DNA from: Candidatus Marinacidobacterales bacterium
Lineage (GTDB): Bacteria > Acidobacteriota > Vicinamibacteria > Marinacidobacterales > SMYC01
Length of the DNA stretch: 64,000 nt
Direction of reading: 5' to 3'
NCBI GenBank assembly: GCA_965237955.1
Contig: OZ250169.1
Coordinates: forward strand, 6,464,001-6,528,000
The notes under the pieces are model-generated. The model was given only the letters and a program-made list of their open reading frames with translations, was not told where the DNA came from and did no database searches. The position numbers and the translations under genes were made by a program. This document shows, in pieces, positions 39,410 to 50,446 of the stretch. Numbering within the stretch: position 1 is the first letter of the stretch; every line of letters begins with the position of its first letter.

Positions 39410-41254
39410 GTGGCCGGCATTTGCGGATGGCTCGGCCACGACCGGCTGAACGATTCTGAAGCTCACCTCGCCGAGATGGCGCGGGGGCTCGGCGTTCACG
39501 AGCATACCGTGGCCGAGCTTCGCCACGAACCCAAAGGTGCTGTCGGCGCGGTAGCCTCAACCGGCCAAACGTCGTGCTTGCATCGCGATGGCCGCATCCT
39601 CGTCGGGTGGGTCGGGCGCATCGACTGGACTCGCACCCCGCGGCGTGACCACGCGCGTGAGCACGGCGACGGCCGTACGATGGCGAGCGCCTACGCCGAT
39701 GTTGGACCAGCGCTCCTCGACGAGCTCGGGGGCGACGTCGCTCTAGCTCTTTTCGACCGACATCGGGACGAGCTGCTGCTCGCCGTCGACCGAATAGGCG
39801 TCCGCACACTGACTTATTGCGCCACTCCAGAGGGCGTCGTGTTCGCGTCGAACGCGCGGGCGTTGGGAGCGCATCCCGAGGTGACCGGAAACATCGACCC
39901 CCAGTCGGTGTTCGACTTCGTGTACTTCCACATGGTGCCGAGCCCCAAATCGATCTTTCGGGGCTGGCGCAAGCTTCTCCCCGGCGAATGTGTGATCGTG
40001 CGCGTCAAGGACGTCGAGCATCGTCGCTACTGGACGCCTCGCTACCTCGACGACGCCCCGACGTCGGAGGCCGACCTGGCTCAGGAGTATCGACAAACAG
40101 TCCGCCGCGCCGTGCAAACGTGTCTTGACACGTCACACGGTCGCGTCGGCGCCTTTTTGAGCGGAGGCACCGACAGCTCGACCATCGCCGGCCTCGTCGG
40201 CGAGCTGACCGGGGAGCCGGCAAATACCTATTCCATTGGCTTCGATGTTCCCGGTTACGACGAGACTAGCTTCGCCCAAATCGCCGTCGGTCATTTCGGC
40301 ACCCATCACCACGAATACATTGTTACGCCGGACGACGTCTTCAAAGCCGCTCCGCGACTCGCTAGGGAATACGATGAGCCCTTCGGGAACGCGTCCGCGG
40401 TCGCCTCGTTGTACTGCGCCGAGCTCGCGAAAGACGACGGCATCGGGACGCTCTTCGGCGGCGACGGTGGGGATGAGATTTTCGCCGGTAACGAACGCTA
40501 CGCGAAACAGAAAATGTTCGAGCACTACTATCGGATTCCGGAGCCACTCCGAAGGATGCTTCTGGAGCCCCTGGTAGGCGTTCTCCCCGGGAACGGGTTT
40601 CCTGTCGGCAAGGCCAAGAGCTACGTGCGCCAAGCTCGAACTCCCCTACCTGACCGTTTGGAATCCTATAACTTCCTCAGCCGGATACCGCCGAGCGAGG
40701 TCTTCGCGCCCGACTTCCTCGAATCCGTTCACACGAGTGAGCCGCTCACGCTCCTTCGAGAGCGCTACGACGAGGCGCCGTCAGACTCGGTGCTCCATCG
40801 TCTCCTCTATCTCGACCTCAAGTTCACGCTCGCCGACAACGATCTGAGAAAAGTCAGCCGCACGTGCGAGATGGCGGGGGTCGAAGTTCGCTACCCGTTC
40901 CTCGACCCGGACCTCGTCGATTTCGCCAACCGAGTGCCCCCGGACTTGAAGCTGAAAGGGCAGAAGCTACGATACTTCTTCAAGCGAGCGAGCGAAGGAT
41001 TTCTGCCGCCGGAGATTCTGACGAAACCGAAACACGGCTTCGGCGTACCCTGTGGTCGCTGGATGCGCGACTACCCACCACTGCGCGAGCTCGCCTACGA
41101 CAGCCTCGCATCCCTCTCACGTCGCGGCTACATATCCGGAGCGTTCATCGAGCGCCTGAAAAAACTCCACGCGGGTGAGCACGGCGACTACTACGGCGTC
41201 ATGGTGTGGGTGCTGACGATGCTGGAGCTCTGGCACCAGCATCACGCGGATTAG
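39410..41254 (+). CDS. Asparagine synthase-related amidotransferase
   Basis: 'FLSGGTDSS', 'GDGGDEIFAG', 'EVRYPFLD', 'KHGF'; lacks the N-terminal catalytic Cys (MAGICG). Confidence 0.88.
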   Translation: MAGICGWLGHDRLNDSEAHLAEMARGLGVHEHTVAELRHEPKGAVGAVASTGQTSCLHRDGRILVGWVGRIDWTRTPRRDHAREHGDGRTMASAYADVGPALLDELGGDVALALFDRHRDELLLAVDRIGVRTLTYCATPEGVVFASNARALGAHPEVTGNIDPQSVFDFVYFHMVPSPKSIFRGWRKLLPGECVIVRVKDVEHRRYWTPRYLDDAPTSEADLAQEYRQTVRRAVQTCLDTSHGRVGAFLSGGTDSSTIAGLVGELTGEPANTYSIGFDVPGYDETSFAQIAVGHFGTHHHEYIVTPDDVFKAAPRLAREYDEPFGNASAVASLYCAELAKDDGIGTLFGGDGGDEIFAGNERYAKQKMFEHYYRIPEPLRRMLLEPLVGVLPGNGFPVGKAKSYVRQARTPLPDRLESYNFLSRIPPSEVFAPDFLESVHTSEPLTLLRERYDEAPSDSVLHRLLYLDLKFTLADNDLRKVSRTCEMAGVEVRYPFLDPDLVDFANRVPPDLKLKGQKLRYFFKRASEGFLPPEILTKPKHGFGVPCGRWMRDYPPLRELAYDSLASLSRRGYISGAFIERLKKLHAGEHGDYYGVMVWVLTMLELWHQHHAD

Positions 41255-42136
41255 TCGACACCTTGCTCTCGACGTAGCGGTGCTTTCCCGAGCGGCTCCG
41301 AGGGATCTGTTTCACGCGCTCCATCGAGATCCCAACGCCGGCACCGAGCCGCTCGGACAGCCGCTGCCTCATGAGCTCCTCGCTTGCGTCAGGGAATCCG
41401 GCGTCTGTCACCAGAAGCACCCGTGTATGCTGCAGGTTCTCCTGCACGATCTTGAAGTTGTGAACGCCGGGAACGTCCCGCACCTCGTAAATCAGAGCGA
41501 GCGCGTGCATCACCGTCCCATCCTCAGCGACCACGAGGTCGGTAGTGCGACCGCGCACCGACTCGAGAACCGGGAGCCCGCGGCCGCACGCGCACGATTG
41601 CTCCGAGAGGACCCCGATATCGCCGGTGCGATACCGGATGAAGGGAAAATCAGAAGTCGCTAGATGCGTGACCACGATTTCTCCTTCCTCACCAACGGGT
41701 AGAGCTCGGCCATCGGTGTCCACGATCTCGATAACGATGTCCTCCGCGCTGATGTGCATGCCACCCTCGGGACATTCGTGAGCCGCGAAGCCGAAGTCCC
41801 GTCCACCGTAGCCGTTGGCCACCCGGCACGAGAATGCGTCCTCGATGGTCGCCTTCTGCTCCTCCAGGAGTTGTTCGGCGGTGACAAACGCGACCTTGAC
41901 TCCCGAGCGGGAGAGATCGACCCCACGCACCTTGGCGCGTCGCGCGATGTGCGCTTGCGCCGACGGATAACCGAAGAGCATTTTGGGGCGAACACGCTCG
42001 ATGGCGTCAATGAACTCATCGACGCGCTCGTCCGACATCTCGAACGCGGGAAGCAACCGAGTGCGGAACAAGCGATCCCGAAGCTCACGAACGCGATCCT
42101 GTGCGCCCAGCTCGACCGGCGAGCCCCAGATGACTA

Positions 42137-43319
42137 GTCCCCTGGATCTTTAATTACTGTCCAAATTCGATTTGTCATGTGTATCGAGCGTTCGCTGGGC
42201 GAACCGAGCGATGGTTTCGAGGATTTGGTCGGCGGATTTCGTCCACTTGAACGGCTTTGGGTTCTCGTTGTGAGCATCGAGATAGTCTTGTATCGCAACG
42301 CGGAGCTGAGGCACGCTCGTGTGCGAGCCTCGTCGCAAGGCGTGTTCGGTGAGCAAGCCAAAGAAGCGCTCAGCGAAGTTGAGCCAAGAGGCGTGTGTCG
42401 GTGTGAAGTGAAAGTGGAACCGAGGTCGCTTGGAAAGCCAGCGTTTGATCGCCGGTGTCTTGTGCGTGGCGAGATTGTCGAGCACGACGTGGATGTCCAA
42501 CTCGCTGGGAACGGCTGCTTCGATCTCAGCGAGGAACTTCTTGAACTCTAGCGCTCGATGTCGCGCGTAGCACTTTCCGAAGACTTCACCTGTTGCGGCG
42601 TCGAGTGCGGCAAACAGGTCAGTCGTTCCATGCCGAATGTAGTCGTGGGTTTGTCGCTCGGGCTGGCCCAAGCTCATGGGCAGGACAGGTTGAGCACGCT
42701 CGAGCGCTTGAATCTGCGATTTCTCGTCGACGCACAGGACGACCGCGTTATCCGGTGGGTTCATATACAGGCCAACAACGTCGCGTACTTTTTCGACCAG
42801 TTGTGGGTCTTGCGAGAGACGAAACGATTCCGAGCGGTGCGGTTGAAGCCCGAACGTTCGCCAAATACGTCCAATCGTCGAATGACTCAGCCCAAGATGC
42901 TTGGCCATCGAGCGCGTACTCCAATGGGTTCTCCCCTTTGGAGTCGTCTCCAGCGTCTTGGTCACGACTTCCTCGATCTGGTCATCGCCGATTTTGCGAG
43001 CCGCTCCCGGCCGAGGTTCGTCGTACAACCCTTCCATTCGTTGTTCTACAAAGCGTCTTCGCCACTTGCCCACCGTGCTCCTCATGGTGTGCATCTTCCT
43101 AGCAACTTCCATATTCGTCAGACCCGCCGCGCAATCCAGCACGATCTTCGCTCGGAAGGCTTGGTGCGGCGAACTACGGCTGCGTCGCGCCAGTCGCGTC
43201 AGCGCTTCGCTTTCTTGAGACGACAGCTTCAATTCGGCTTTTCGCCGGCCCTTGTGTTTCATGCATTTAGCAGATCACAGAAGGGCCGGTGTTGTCTATC
43301 TTTTTCTGTTCCAGGGGAC
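42137..43319 (-). mobile_element. IS630-family element, copy 2
   Basis: Same TIRs as copy 1; CTAG target with TA duplication on both sides; I count about 4 substitutions relative to copy 1. Confidence 0.96.
42150..43262 (-). CDS. IS630 transposase
   Basis: 370 aa, near-identical to 1010-2122. Confidence 0.95.
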   Translation of the reverse strand: MKHKGRRKAELKLSSQESEALTRLARRSRSSPHQAFRAKIVLDCAAGLTNMEVARKMHTMRSTVGKWRRRFVEQRMEGLYDEPRPGAARKIGDDQIEEVVTKTLETTPKGRTHWSTRSMAKHLGLSHSTIGRIWRTFGLQPHRSESFRLSQDPQLVEKVRDVVGLYMNPPDNAVVLCVDEKSQIQALERAQPVLPMSLGQPERQTHDYIRHGTTDLFAALDAATGEVFGKCYARHRALEFKKFLAEIEAAVPSELDIHVVLDNLATHKTPAIKRWLSKRPRFHFHFTPTHASWLNFAERFFGLLTEHALRRGSHTSVPQLRVAIQDYLDAHNENPKPFKWTKSADQILETIARFAQRTLDTHDKSNLDSN

Positions 43320-43774
43320 TAGTTCCGGATCGCCGATATCCACGCCCCACCAACGCGTCGCTCGCCACTTCGCGGCGACGTCGTGTCTCTTCCGAGCCTT
43401 GCCCATCAGAAACTGAAGCGGCTCTTCCGTGGATCCACCTGTGTTATATAGAGTTACATGTCAGGCTGCGACGGATTTGAGCTCATCGAAGTGCGCCCGG
43501 ACCACGTCTTTGGTGAGCAACGGTAGCTCCTCAAGGGCCGACTCCTTCGGATCGAATCGGAGACGTTCGAAGACGTCGCGGTAGTAGGGTACACGCGAGC
43601 CCACTTCAACCAGAAACCTCTCGAGCCGTTCGCGCCGGACTTTCTCGAGCTCTTCCCGCGGCCACCACTGGCTCTCCTCGAGCTCGACGCGCCGCGCCGT
43701 CGTGTCATGGCCTTTCAGTCGTTCATGAAGCGGAAACAACCATGCGGAAGCAAAACGCGTGTACAAGCTCTCGC

Positions 43775-44887
43775 TCATGGGTCGCTCACGGGTTGTCCAA
43801 CAACATCGCCGTAAACCTCCGCCCACTGTTCGCGCACGACGTCCCAGCCGAAAGTTCGCGCCTTCTTGAGCCCGGCGTCTCTGAGCGCACTCCGCTTTTC
43901 CGGCGAACGCCACAAAGAAACGAGCGTGTGCGCCATACTCTCCGGCTCTCGCGGTGGGACGAGCAGCGCTTCCCGTTCGTCTTCGACAAGCGCGGGAACG
44001 CCTCCGACGTCGGTGGACACGACGGGAACGCCACTGGCGAGAGCTTCGAGAACCGATATCGGCATGTTGTCGACGAGACTCGTGTTCAACGCAATGTCGG
44101 CCGTCGCGTAGAGCTTCGGCATGTCCTCGTTATCGACGCGCCCGAGAAAACGCACGGCGTCGGTGAGCCCGAGCTCGCCCGCCAAATCTTCGAGCCGTTT
44201 TCTTTCGGGACCGGAGCCCGCGACGTCGAGCGTCGCATCCCCAAAACTCCGTAAGAGCATCGCGAACGCACGAATCCCGGTCTCGATGTCGTAGATGCGC
44301 TCTAGATTTCTCGCGATCAGAACACGAGGACCGCTCCCGTTCGAAGAGCGAATCGAGATCGTCGATCTCGGGCGAAAGCGATCGAGGTCGATGATGTTCG
44401 GCACGACTCGAGCTCGGGCCCCAAACTTCTCGAAGACGTCCTTCAGGAACTGAGACGGAACGACAACGTCATCCGCCCACCGTAGCGATCTCTCCACGGT
44501 GCGATACGACCTGGTGAAAAACCGCTCCGCGTCGCCACCTCGATAGTTCAAAACCACCGGAACACCCGACGTGTGCGCGACGTACAACGCTGGTGCTGCG
44601 AACAGGTGCCACGCCCAGCCCGAGCTCGCCATGACGTGAACAAGCGTCGCATCGCGTGTTGCCCGACGCAACGCGCGAAGGTAAGGAACGAAACGGAACA
44701 GGGCCCGGACGCCGCGAACGTTTTCGATCAAGCGAGGTTGGTATGGCGCGTTCGTCTGCACCACGTTGACCGCTGCGCCTTCACCTTCCAGAAGTCGTGC
44801 GAGCTGATTCGTCTGATTCGCCATCCCACCCTGGGGCGGAGGCAGGGGGCCAACGAGCGCGATCTTGCTAGTCCCAAAATCAATCAC
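43775..44887 (-). CDS. GT4 glycosyltransferase
   Basis: 'GPLPPPQGGMANQ', 'RNLERIY', 'DNMPISVLEALASG'. Confidence 0.9.
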   Translation of the reverse strand: MIDFGTSKIALVGPLPPPQGGMANQTNQLARLLEGEGAAVNVVQTNAPYQPRLIENVRGVRALFRFVPYLRALRRATRDATLVHVMASSGWAWHLFAAPALYVAHTSGVPVVLNYRGGDAERFFTRSYRTVERSLRWADDVVVPSQFLKDVFEKFGARARVVPNIIDLDRFRPRSTISIRSSNGSGPRVLIARNLERIYDIETGIRAFAMLLRSFGDATLDVAGSGPERKRLEDLAGELGLTDAVRFLGRVDNEDMPKLYATADIALNTSLVDNMPISVLEALASGVPVVSTDVGGVPALVEDEREALLVPPREPESMAHTLVSLWRSPEKRSALRDAGLKKARTFGWDVVREQWAEVYGDVVGQPVSDP

Positions 44888-46095
44888 GAGCGGCTCCCCT
44901 CGACAAGACTTGCGTAAACGGTTCGGTAACCCTCCACCGACTTCGCCCAGGTACGCTTGCATTCGACGAATCGGCGCGCTCTCTCCTTCATCCCCTCGCC
45001 GAGCTCGCCCGCGTCGAGCATGCGCGCAAGCTTGTCGCTCAGGTCGCCCGGATCGCCGGCCCGAAAGAGTGTTCCCGTCTCGCCGTCGCGGATGAGCTCC
45101 AGATGACCGCCCACATCCGACGCCACCAGGAGCTTTCCCATCGCCATGGCTTCGAGCGGTTTCAGGGGCGTCACCACGTCGGTCAACCGCATGTGGATCC
45201 GCGGATACGCGAGCACGTCGATGAGGTCGTAGTACTTCCGAACGTCATCGAACGGAACGCGCCCAGTGAAGACGATCCTGTCGCCGAGTCCCATCGCACG
45301 GGCCTTTTCGCGGAGATAGCCGTCTTGCGGGCCTCCCCCGACCAACAGCAATTTCAGCCTCGGGCGCTGGCTCGTGAGCGCTGGCATCGCAGTGAGAAGC
45401 AGATCGAGACCCTCGTAAGCGTAGAACGACCCGATAAAGCCAACGACCTCGGCGCTTTCAACGAAAAGTTTCTTCGCGAGATCGGCGTCTCGACTTCGCG
45501 CCGTGGAAAACTGCTCGACGTCGACCGCATTGGGGATCACCGTCACTTTGTTCTCGGGAATCCCACGGCCCACGATGTCGTTCCAAAGACCACGGCAGAT
45601 AGTCGTCACCGCGTCAGCACGCTTCAACACGTGCGATTCCAGTGCGCGGGTAGCCGTGTACCTCACCCCTCCCTCCCGGCTCGTTCCATGGTCGACGGCG
45701 GCGTCCTCCCAAAGCGCGCGCATCTCGTAGACCACCGGGATCCCGTGGGCACGACCGACGTTGCTCGCGGCCACCCCGTCAAGTGCGGGTGAATGCGCAT
45801 GCAGGATGTCCGGCTTCAATGCTTCGACGAGAGAGCCCAAGCGACGCTCGAGCGAACGTATCACGCCAAGATGTCGCAGGATGGGTAGCTTCGCCCAAGG
45901 TGCCGTTTCGGACGGCGTCCTATAGAAACGAACGCCTTCGACCTCTTCCTCGAGCTCTGTCGACGGATGCTTCGAGCTCGTGATTTGCGACGTCTCCCAC
46001 CCGAGACGCCGCTGCTCTTTCAGAATCGATAGCGTGCGAAAGGTATACCCGCTCTGCAACGGTGCGGAATGGTCGAGCACATGGAGAATGCGCAT
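44884..46095 (-). CDS. Exosortase A-associated glycosyltransferase (TIGR04063-like)
   Basis: 'MRILHVLDHS.PL.SGYTFRT', 'WEDAAVDHGT', 'GSFYAYEGLD', 'VTPLKPLEAMA'. Confidence 0.9.
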   Translation of the reverse strand: MRILHVLDHSAPLQSGYTFRTLSILKEQRRLGWETSQITSSKHPSTELEEEVEGVRFYRTPSETAPWAKLPILRHLGVIRSLERRLGSLVEALKPDILHAHSPALDGVAASNVGRAHGIPVVYEMRALWEDAAVDHGTSREGGVRYTATRALESHVLKRADAVTTICRGLWNDIVGRGIPENKVTVIPNAVDVEQFSTARSRDADLAKKLFVESAEVVGFIGSFYAYEGLDLLLTAMPALTSQRPRLKLLLVGGGPQDGYLREKARAMGLGDRIVFTGRVPFDDVRKYYDLIDVLAYPRIHMRLTDVVTPLKPLEAMAMGKLLVASDVGGHLELIRDGETGTLFRAGDPGDLSDKLARMLDAGELGEGMKERARRFVECKRTWAKSVEGYRTVYASLVEGSRS

Positions 46096-46117
46096 CGCTC
46101 TTCAATTAACTCGGCAT

Positions 46118-48055
46118 TCACTCGGCCACGAGAGCCGCCGACTCGGGACTCGATGGGGTCGTTTCTCCTTCGCGCTGCCGACAGAAAGCTTCGAACATCA
46201 GGAGCGACCACAATGGAGCGCTGAAGTCACGGACACCCGATTGATGCTCCGAAACAATTCTCTCGAGGAACCGCTCGTCGAAGATGCCGCTATCGAGAAG
46301 CCTCGGACCGAGGACCGCCTCGCGCACGCGCTCTTTGAGCGGTCCCCGAAACCAGCTCGCGAGCGGCACCGCAAAGCCCATCTTCGGCCGGTAGAGGACG
46401 TCGTGAGGAAGGTAGTTCTCAAGCGAGCGCTTGAACAGGAACTTGCCTTCTCGACCTCGGAGCTTCGCCTGCGGCGGCAACGTGGCTGCCCACTCGACGA
46501 GCTCGTGGTCCAGAATCGGCACGCGGACCTCGAGCGAGTGAGCCATGCTGGCGCGATCCACCTTCGTGAGGATGTCGCCGACGAGATAGGTCTTGAGGTC
46601 GAGATACTGGACGCGCGACAGCGGATGCTCTGGTGCGTTCTGCCCGTGTCGTCGCAATACCTCGATCGCACCGTAACCACCGAGCTCGTTGCGAAATCCA
46701 TCGCTGAACAGTCGGCTCCGCAACGAATCGCCCAGGATCGTAACGCTGTGGAAGTAGCCTTCGATGGAATCGCGCGCAAGCGCCTCGAGCGTGCTCTTCG
46801 CGCGAATGATTTTGGGCGCCCAGTCGGCTTTGGGATAGGCTCGACCGAGTAGTCCAAAAAGAGGCCGGCGCAGTGACGCCGGCATGAACGCGCGCATGCG
46901 CTCTTCGTACGAGTGCCATCGATACCGCCGGTAGCCCGCGAAATTTTCGTCGCCACCGTCCCCGGAAAGTGCGACGGTCACACGCTTGCGCGCAAGCTCC
47001 GACACTCGGTACGTGGGCATGGCCGAGCTGTCCGCGAACGGCTCGTCGTAGAGACTCGCGAGGCGCCCAAAAAGATCGTCAAGCTCGAAGTCATCGGGAT
47101 TCACCGACTCTACGTAGTGATTCGTCTGGTACCGCTCTGCCACGCGGGCGGCGAAGACCGATTCGTCGAACTCGCGCTCTCCGAACGCAATCGAGCACGT
47201 GTTGACGGCTTCCTCCGACTCGCCCGCCATCATCGCGACCACGGCGCTCGAATCGACTCCTCCCGAGAGGAACGCACCGAGAGGCACATCCGACATGAGC
47301 CTCTTCGAGACCGCCTGTCTAAACCGCCAAACGAGCTCTTCGCCGAGTGCGTCGTCAGTTCCGCCCTCGACGGCGTCGAACGTCACATCCCAGTACCGAC
47401 GTGGCTCGCTCGCGCCCTCCGGGGTAATGCTCAGCGTATGTCCGGGAGACAGTTTTCGGACGCGCCGAAAGATGCTACGAGGATCGGGCACATAGCCGTA
47501 CGCGAAGAACTCCTCAACTGCCTCCGGAACGAGCTCGCGCGAAAGACGCGGATCGACGAGGAGGGACTTCAGCTCCGAGCCGAACAGAATACGGCCGTCG
47601 TCGGTGCGTGCGTAATAGAGCGGCTTGATCCCCAACCGATCCCGCGCCAGAAATGCCGTCTTGCGGTTTCGATCCCAGAGCGCGAACGCGAACATGCCGT
47701 TGTAGCGCTCGACCGATGCCTCGCCCCACTCTTCCCAAGCGTGGACAAGAACCTCAGTGTCGCACTTCGAGCGAAACGTGTGCCCGAGCGCGGAAAGCTC
47801 CTCGACGAGCTCTTGGAAGTTGTAAATCTCACCGTTGTAGACGACGACGGTCGAGTCTTCGTTGTAGCAAGGCTGGTGCCCACCGGAAAGATCGATGATC
47901 GAGAGTCTCCGATGCCCGAGCCCAACGCCGGGCTCGACGTGAAGCCCCTCGTCATCCGGTCCGCGGTGATGCAGGCTGTCCCGCATGGCGACCAGAAGCG
48001 ACTCGTCGATCGGCCGACGCTCCCCGAGGTCGAAAATGCCCGCTATCCCGCACAT
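46118..48055 (-). CDS. XrtA/PEP-CTERM system amidotransferase (AsnB-like, TIGR03108-like)
   Basis: MCGIAG, 'HRGPD', 'HRRLSIID', 'FLSGGVDSS', 'KVDRASMAHSLEVR'. Confidence 0.92.
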   Translation of the reverse strand: MCGIAGIFDLGERRPIDESLLVAMRDSLHHRGPDDEGLHVEPGVGLGHRRLSIIDLSGGHQPCYNEDSTVVVYNGEIYNFQELVEELSALGHTFRSKCDTEVLVHAWEEWGEASVERYNGMFAFALWDRNRKTAFLARDRLGIKPLYYARTDDGRILFGSELKSLLVDPRLSRELVPEAVEEFFAYGYVPDPRSIFRRVRKLSPGHTLSITPEGASEPRRYWDVTFDAVEGGTDDALGEELVWRFRQAVSKRLMSDVPLGAFLSGGVDSSAVVAMMAGESEEAVNTCSIAFGEREFDESVFAARVAERYQTNHYVESVNPDDFELDDLFGRLASLYDEPFADSSAMPTYRVSELARKRVTVALSGDGGDENFAGYRRYRWHSYEERMRAFMPASLRRPLFGLLGRAYPKADWAPKIIRAKSTLEALARDSIEGYFHSVTILGDSLRSRLFSDGFRNELGGYGAIEVLRRHGQNAPEHPLSRVQYLDLKTYLVGDILTKVDRASMAHSLEVRVPILDHELVEWAATLPPQAKLRGREGKFLFKRSLENYLPHDVLYRPKMGFAVPLASWFRGPLKERVREAVLGPRLLDSGIFDERFLERIVSEHQSGVRDFSAPLWSLLMFEAFCRQREGETTPSSPESAALVAE

Positions 48056-49230
48056 GGTGTCGTCGAACGTTCACTCACTTGGTTTGGCCGCTCGAGCCCG
48101 CACCGCGCCATAACGTCATCATAAACTTCGGTATAGCGAGCGACCATCCCGTCGATATCGAAGCTGTGCTCGGCGCGCCTTCGCCCTGCTCGCCCGTGCT
48201 CTTTGATGAGCTCCGGATGGCTCACATAATGCGCGAGCGCCTCCGGCAAGCGTGAGGGCACGAGACGTCCCGTCTTTCCGTTCTCGACGAGCTCGTCATT
48301 GCCCCCGACCCGCGTGGCGACCACGGGAAGGCCCGAGGCCATCGCTTCGAGCACCGTGTTCGAAATACCTTCCACGCGTGACGACAAGGCGAAAACATCG
48401 AAGCTTCGAAGAAGCTCGGGCACGTCGTTGCGGCTCCCAGCGAGCCACACGTGGCGCTCTACACCCGCCGCACGCAGCTCGTCGGCCACCTCGGAGAGCA
48501 AGGGCCCATCGCCCACCATCACGAGTTTCACGGGTGGAGCGAGACCCTGGTTCACAAGCTTTGCGAAAGCTCTCGCGAGCGTGAGCGGATCCTTCACCGC
48601 TTGCATGCGCGTTACCGTCCCGATCACGATGGCGTCTGACACATCGATTCTGGATTCCGCGGGAACAGGACGGCGACCGTCCGAAGCTGGCTGGAACTTA
48701 CTGACGTCGACGCCGTTGATGATTCGAGTGACTTTCGAGGGCGCGATGCCGACCGAATCGCAAAGATAGGACGCGAGCTCACCCGACAACGCAACAAACT
48801 GATGAACGAGGGGGGCGATCAAGCGTCGAAGAAGCTGGTACCGTCGTTTCGTTCCATCGACGTCCTGGAGGTCACGACCATGCTCGCCATGGACTCGGCA
48901 CGGAACGCCCGCGAGCGCCGCCGGCACGACCGCCTCAACCGCCGCGAGGTTCCGCGTGTGCACGATCACGGGACGCAATCGACGCAGCAGTCGCCAAAGC
49001 CGGACGTAGAGGCCGAAATCCTGCCCAGACTTCTTGTGGAGCGAATAGCATTCGACGTCGTCACGACGGATTCGCTCCCGAAAACTCGTGGACTCGGTGA
49101 GGCTAACGATGGCGTGTCGATACTTCTCGGCCGGCATGTGGTTGATCAAATTGACGAGGCCGTTCTCCATCCCCCCCACGTCGAGACGATGGATAACGTG
49201 AACGATGAGAGGCGCGTCACTCGGCATCAC
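48043..49230 (-). CDS. PEP-CTERM/XrtA sugar transferase (TIGR03088-like GT4)
   Basis: 'GGMENGLVNLIN', 'HTRNLAA', 'HGEHGRD', 'EGISNTVLEAMASG'. Confidence 0.92.
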   Translation of the reverse strand: MMPSDAPLIVHVIHRLDVGGMENGLVNLINHMPAEKYRHAIVSLTESTSFRERIRRDDVECYSLHKKSGQDFGLYVRLWRLLRRLRPVIVHTRNLAAVEAVVPAALAGVPCRVHGEHGRDLQDVDGTKRRYQLLRRLIAPLVHQFVALSGELASYLCDSVGIAPSKVTRIINGVDVSKFQPASDGRRPVPAESRIDVSDAIVIGTVTRMQAVKDPLTLARAFAKLVNQGLAPPVKLVMVGDGPLLSEVADELRAAGVERHVWLAGSRNDVPELLRSFDVFALSSRVEGISNTVLEAMASGLPVVATRVGGNDELVENGKTGRLVPSRLPEALAHYVSHPELIKEHGRAGRRRAEHSFDIDGMVARYTEVYDDVMARCGLERPNQVSERSTTPCAG

Positions 49231-50008
49231 TATCAGTGGGCCCGCGGGAGGGCGTTCAAGCCCGCTTCGATACCAGGGAGGGCTTGATTCAGAAACTCGC
49301 TCAACCGAGACGCTGCAGAGTCACCGTCCGGAGTGAACACGACGATTCCACAAGCGAGCGGCGGGCTCCCGGCTAGTTTCCCGGTCATCTCGACGAGCTT
49401 GGCGCGGTATGGGCTCACCGTCGACGTCCCATCGACCCAATACCACTTCCACACGAGGAACTTTGGCCCGCGGCGATCGAGCACCGACTCGTTGACGTCG
49501 TGAGCTCCTCTCGCCAGCGTCACCGCTCGCTCGGACGTACTCACCCGCCGCCACGAGGAGTCATTCGGTGCAACCAACGTGTTCGACGAGTTCACGAGCT
49601 CCGCATCCTGCCTTTGAGCTCCGTAGCACGCCACGTGGGCGCCAACCCAGTCACCGTCACGCTCGTAGGTTCGCGCAGCCGGAACATCGGCGCCGACATA
49701 GTACGGTTGCCAGCTCGTGGGTGGAATGTCTACAGGCGCCCAACCACCGGCCGCGGCTGGGAGCGACAGCGTCGATGGAATCTGAACGGCGTAGTTTTCC
49801 GCTCGGCCTGCCCACGGCGGCCATACGGCAGCGACCAAAACGACGGCGACGCCAGCCACGACGAAACGGCGTCCCGCACGGCCCGCGACGCTCCTTCGAC
49901 GACAACTCGCTCCGGCGGCTCGACGTTGTCTTCTCTAAAGAACGACCCGACCCAGAAAAAGAGGGTTCTCCTGTCGTTTCGGGGGATCTGATTTGTGTTG
50001 GAGGGCAT

Positions 50009-50320
50009 GGCCTATGGACGCTGCCGCGATTGTGGAAAACGCCGGAAACTCCGGGCGAGAGAGGCGTTTAGGGAAAGGTTGTGAGCACGTACAAACGTGG
50101 AGCGGCGTTTTCCACAATCGCTTGGAAAACGCTTCGCGTTTCCCACGAGCGCCCACAGGCCCCTCCTGATATATATACAAGAAAGATTAATTCATATGGA
50201 ATAAGGAAGGGGGGGCTCGATTAGTGGAGGCTATGGAAAACGCCCTTCCAGGCTTCGAAGAGAACTCAGTCGTGAGCAAGGTCTGAACGACCAGAACCGT
50301 GGGGGCGTTTCCCACAGCCT
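50009..50320. repeat. Nested inverted repeats in the ISL3 leader
   Basis: Perfect 19-bp IR (50026-50044 / 50103-50121), outer IR (50009-50022 / 50148-50161) and a second GG(C)TATGGAAAACGCCC...GGGCGTTTCCCACAGCC unit. Confidence 0.8.
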
Positions 50321-50446
50321 CGTCTCCCGCTGAGGGGCAGTGGCATTTGGTGAGGCCCGTGGGTTGAGAGGGTAAGCCATGTGTAGATGCGCATCGGCGA
50401 GAACGCTAGAATCTTTTTTTCCGAAAGAGAAAAGAGCGTTCCCGCG

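Larger units (their letters stand above)
41199..43778 (-). pseudogene. Phenylacetate-CoA ligase family (CapK-like) protein, split by IS630 and with an in-frame TGA at 43461-43463
   Basis: Reconstructed reading MSESLY...LPLLTK...AA*HVTLYNTGGST..DPEL|VIWGSP...YGGRD...PFIRYRTGD...SGKHR. Confidence 0.9.
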
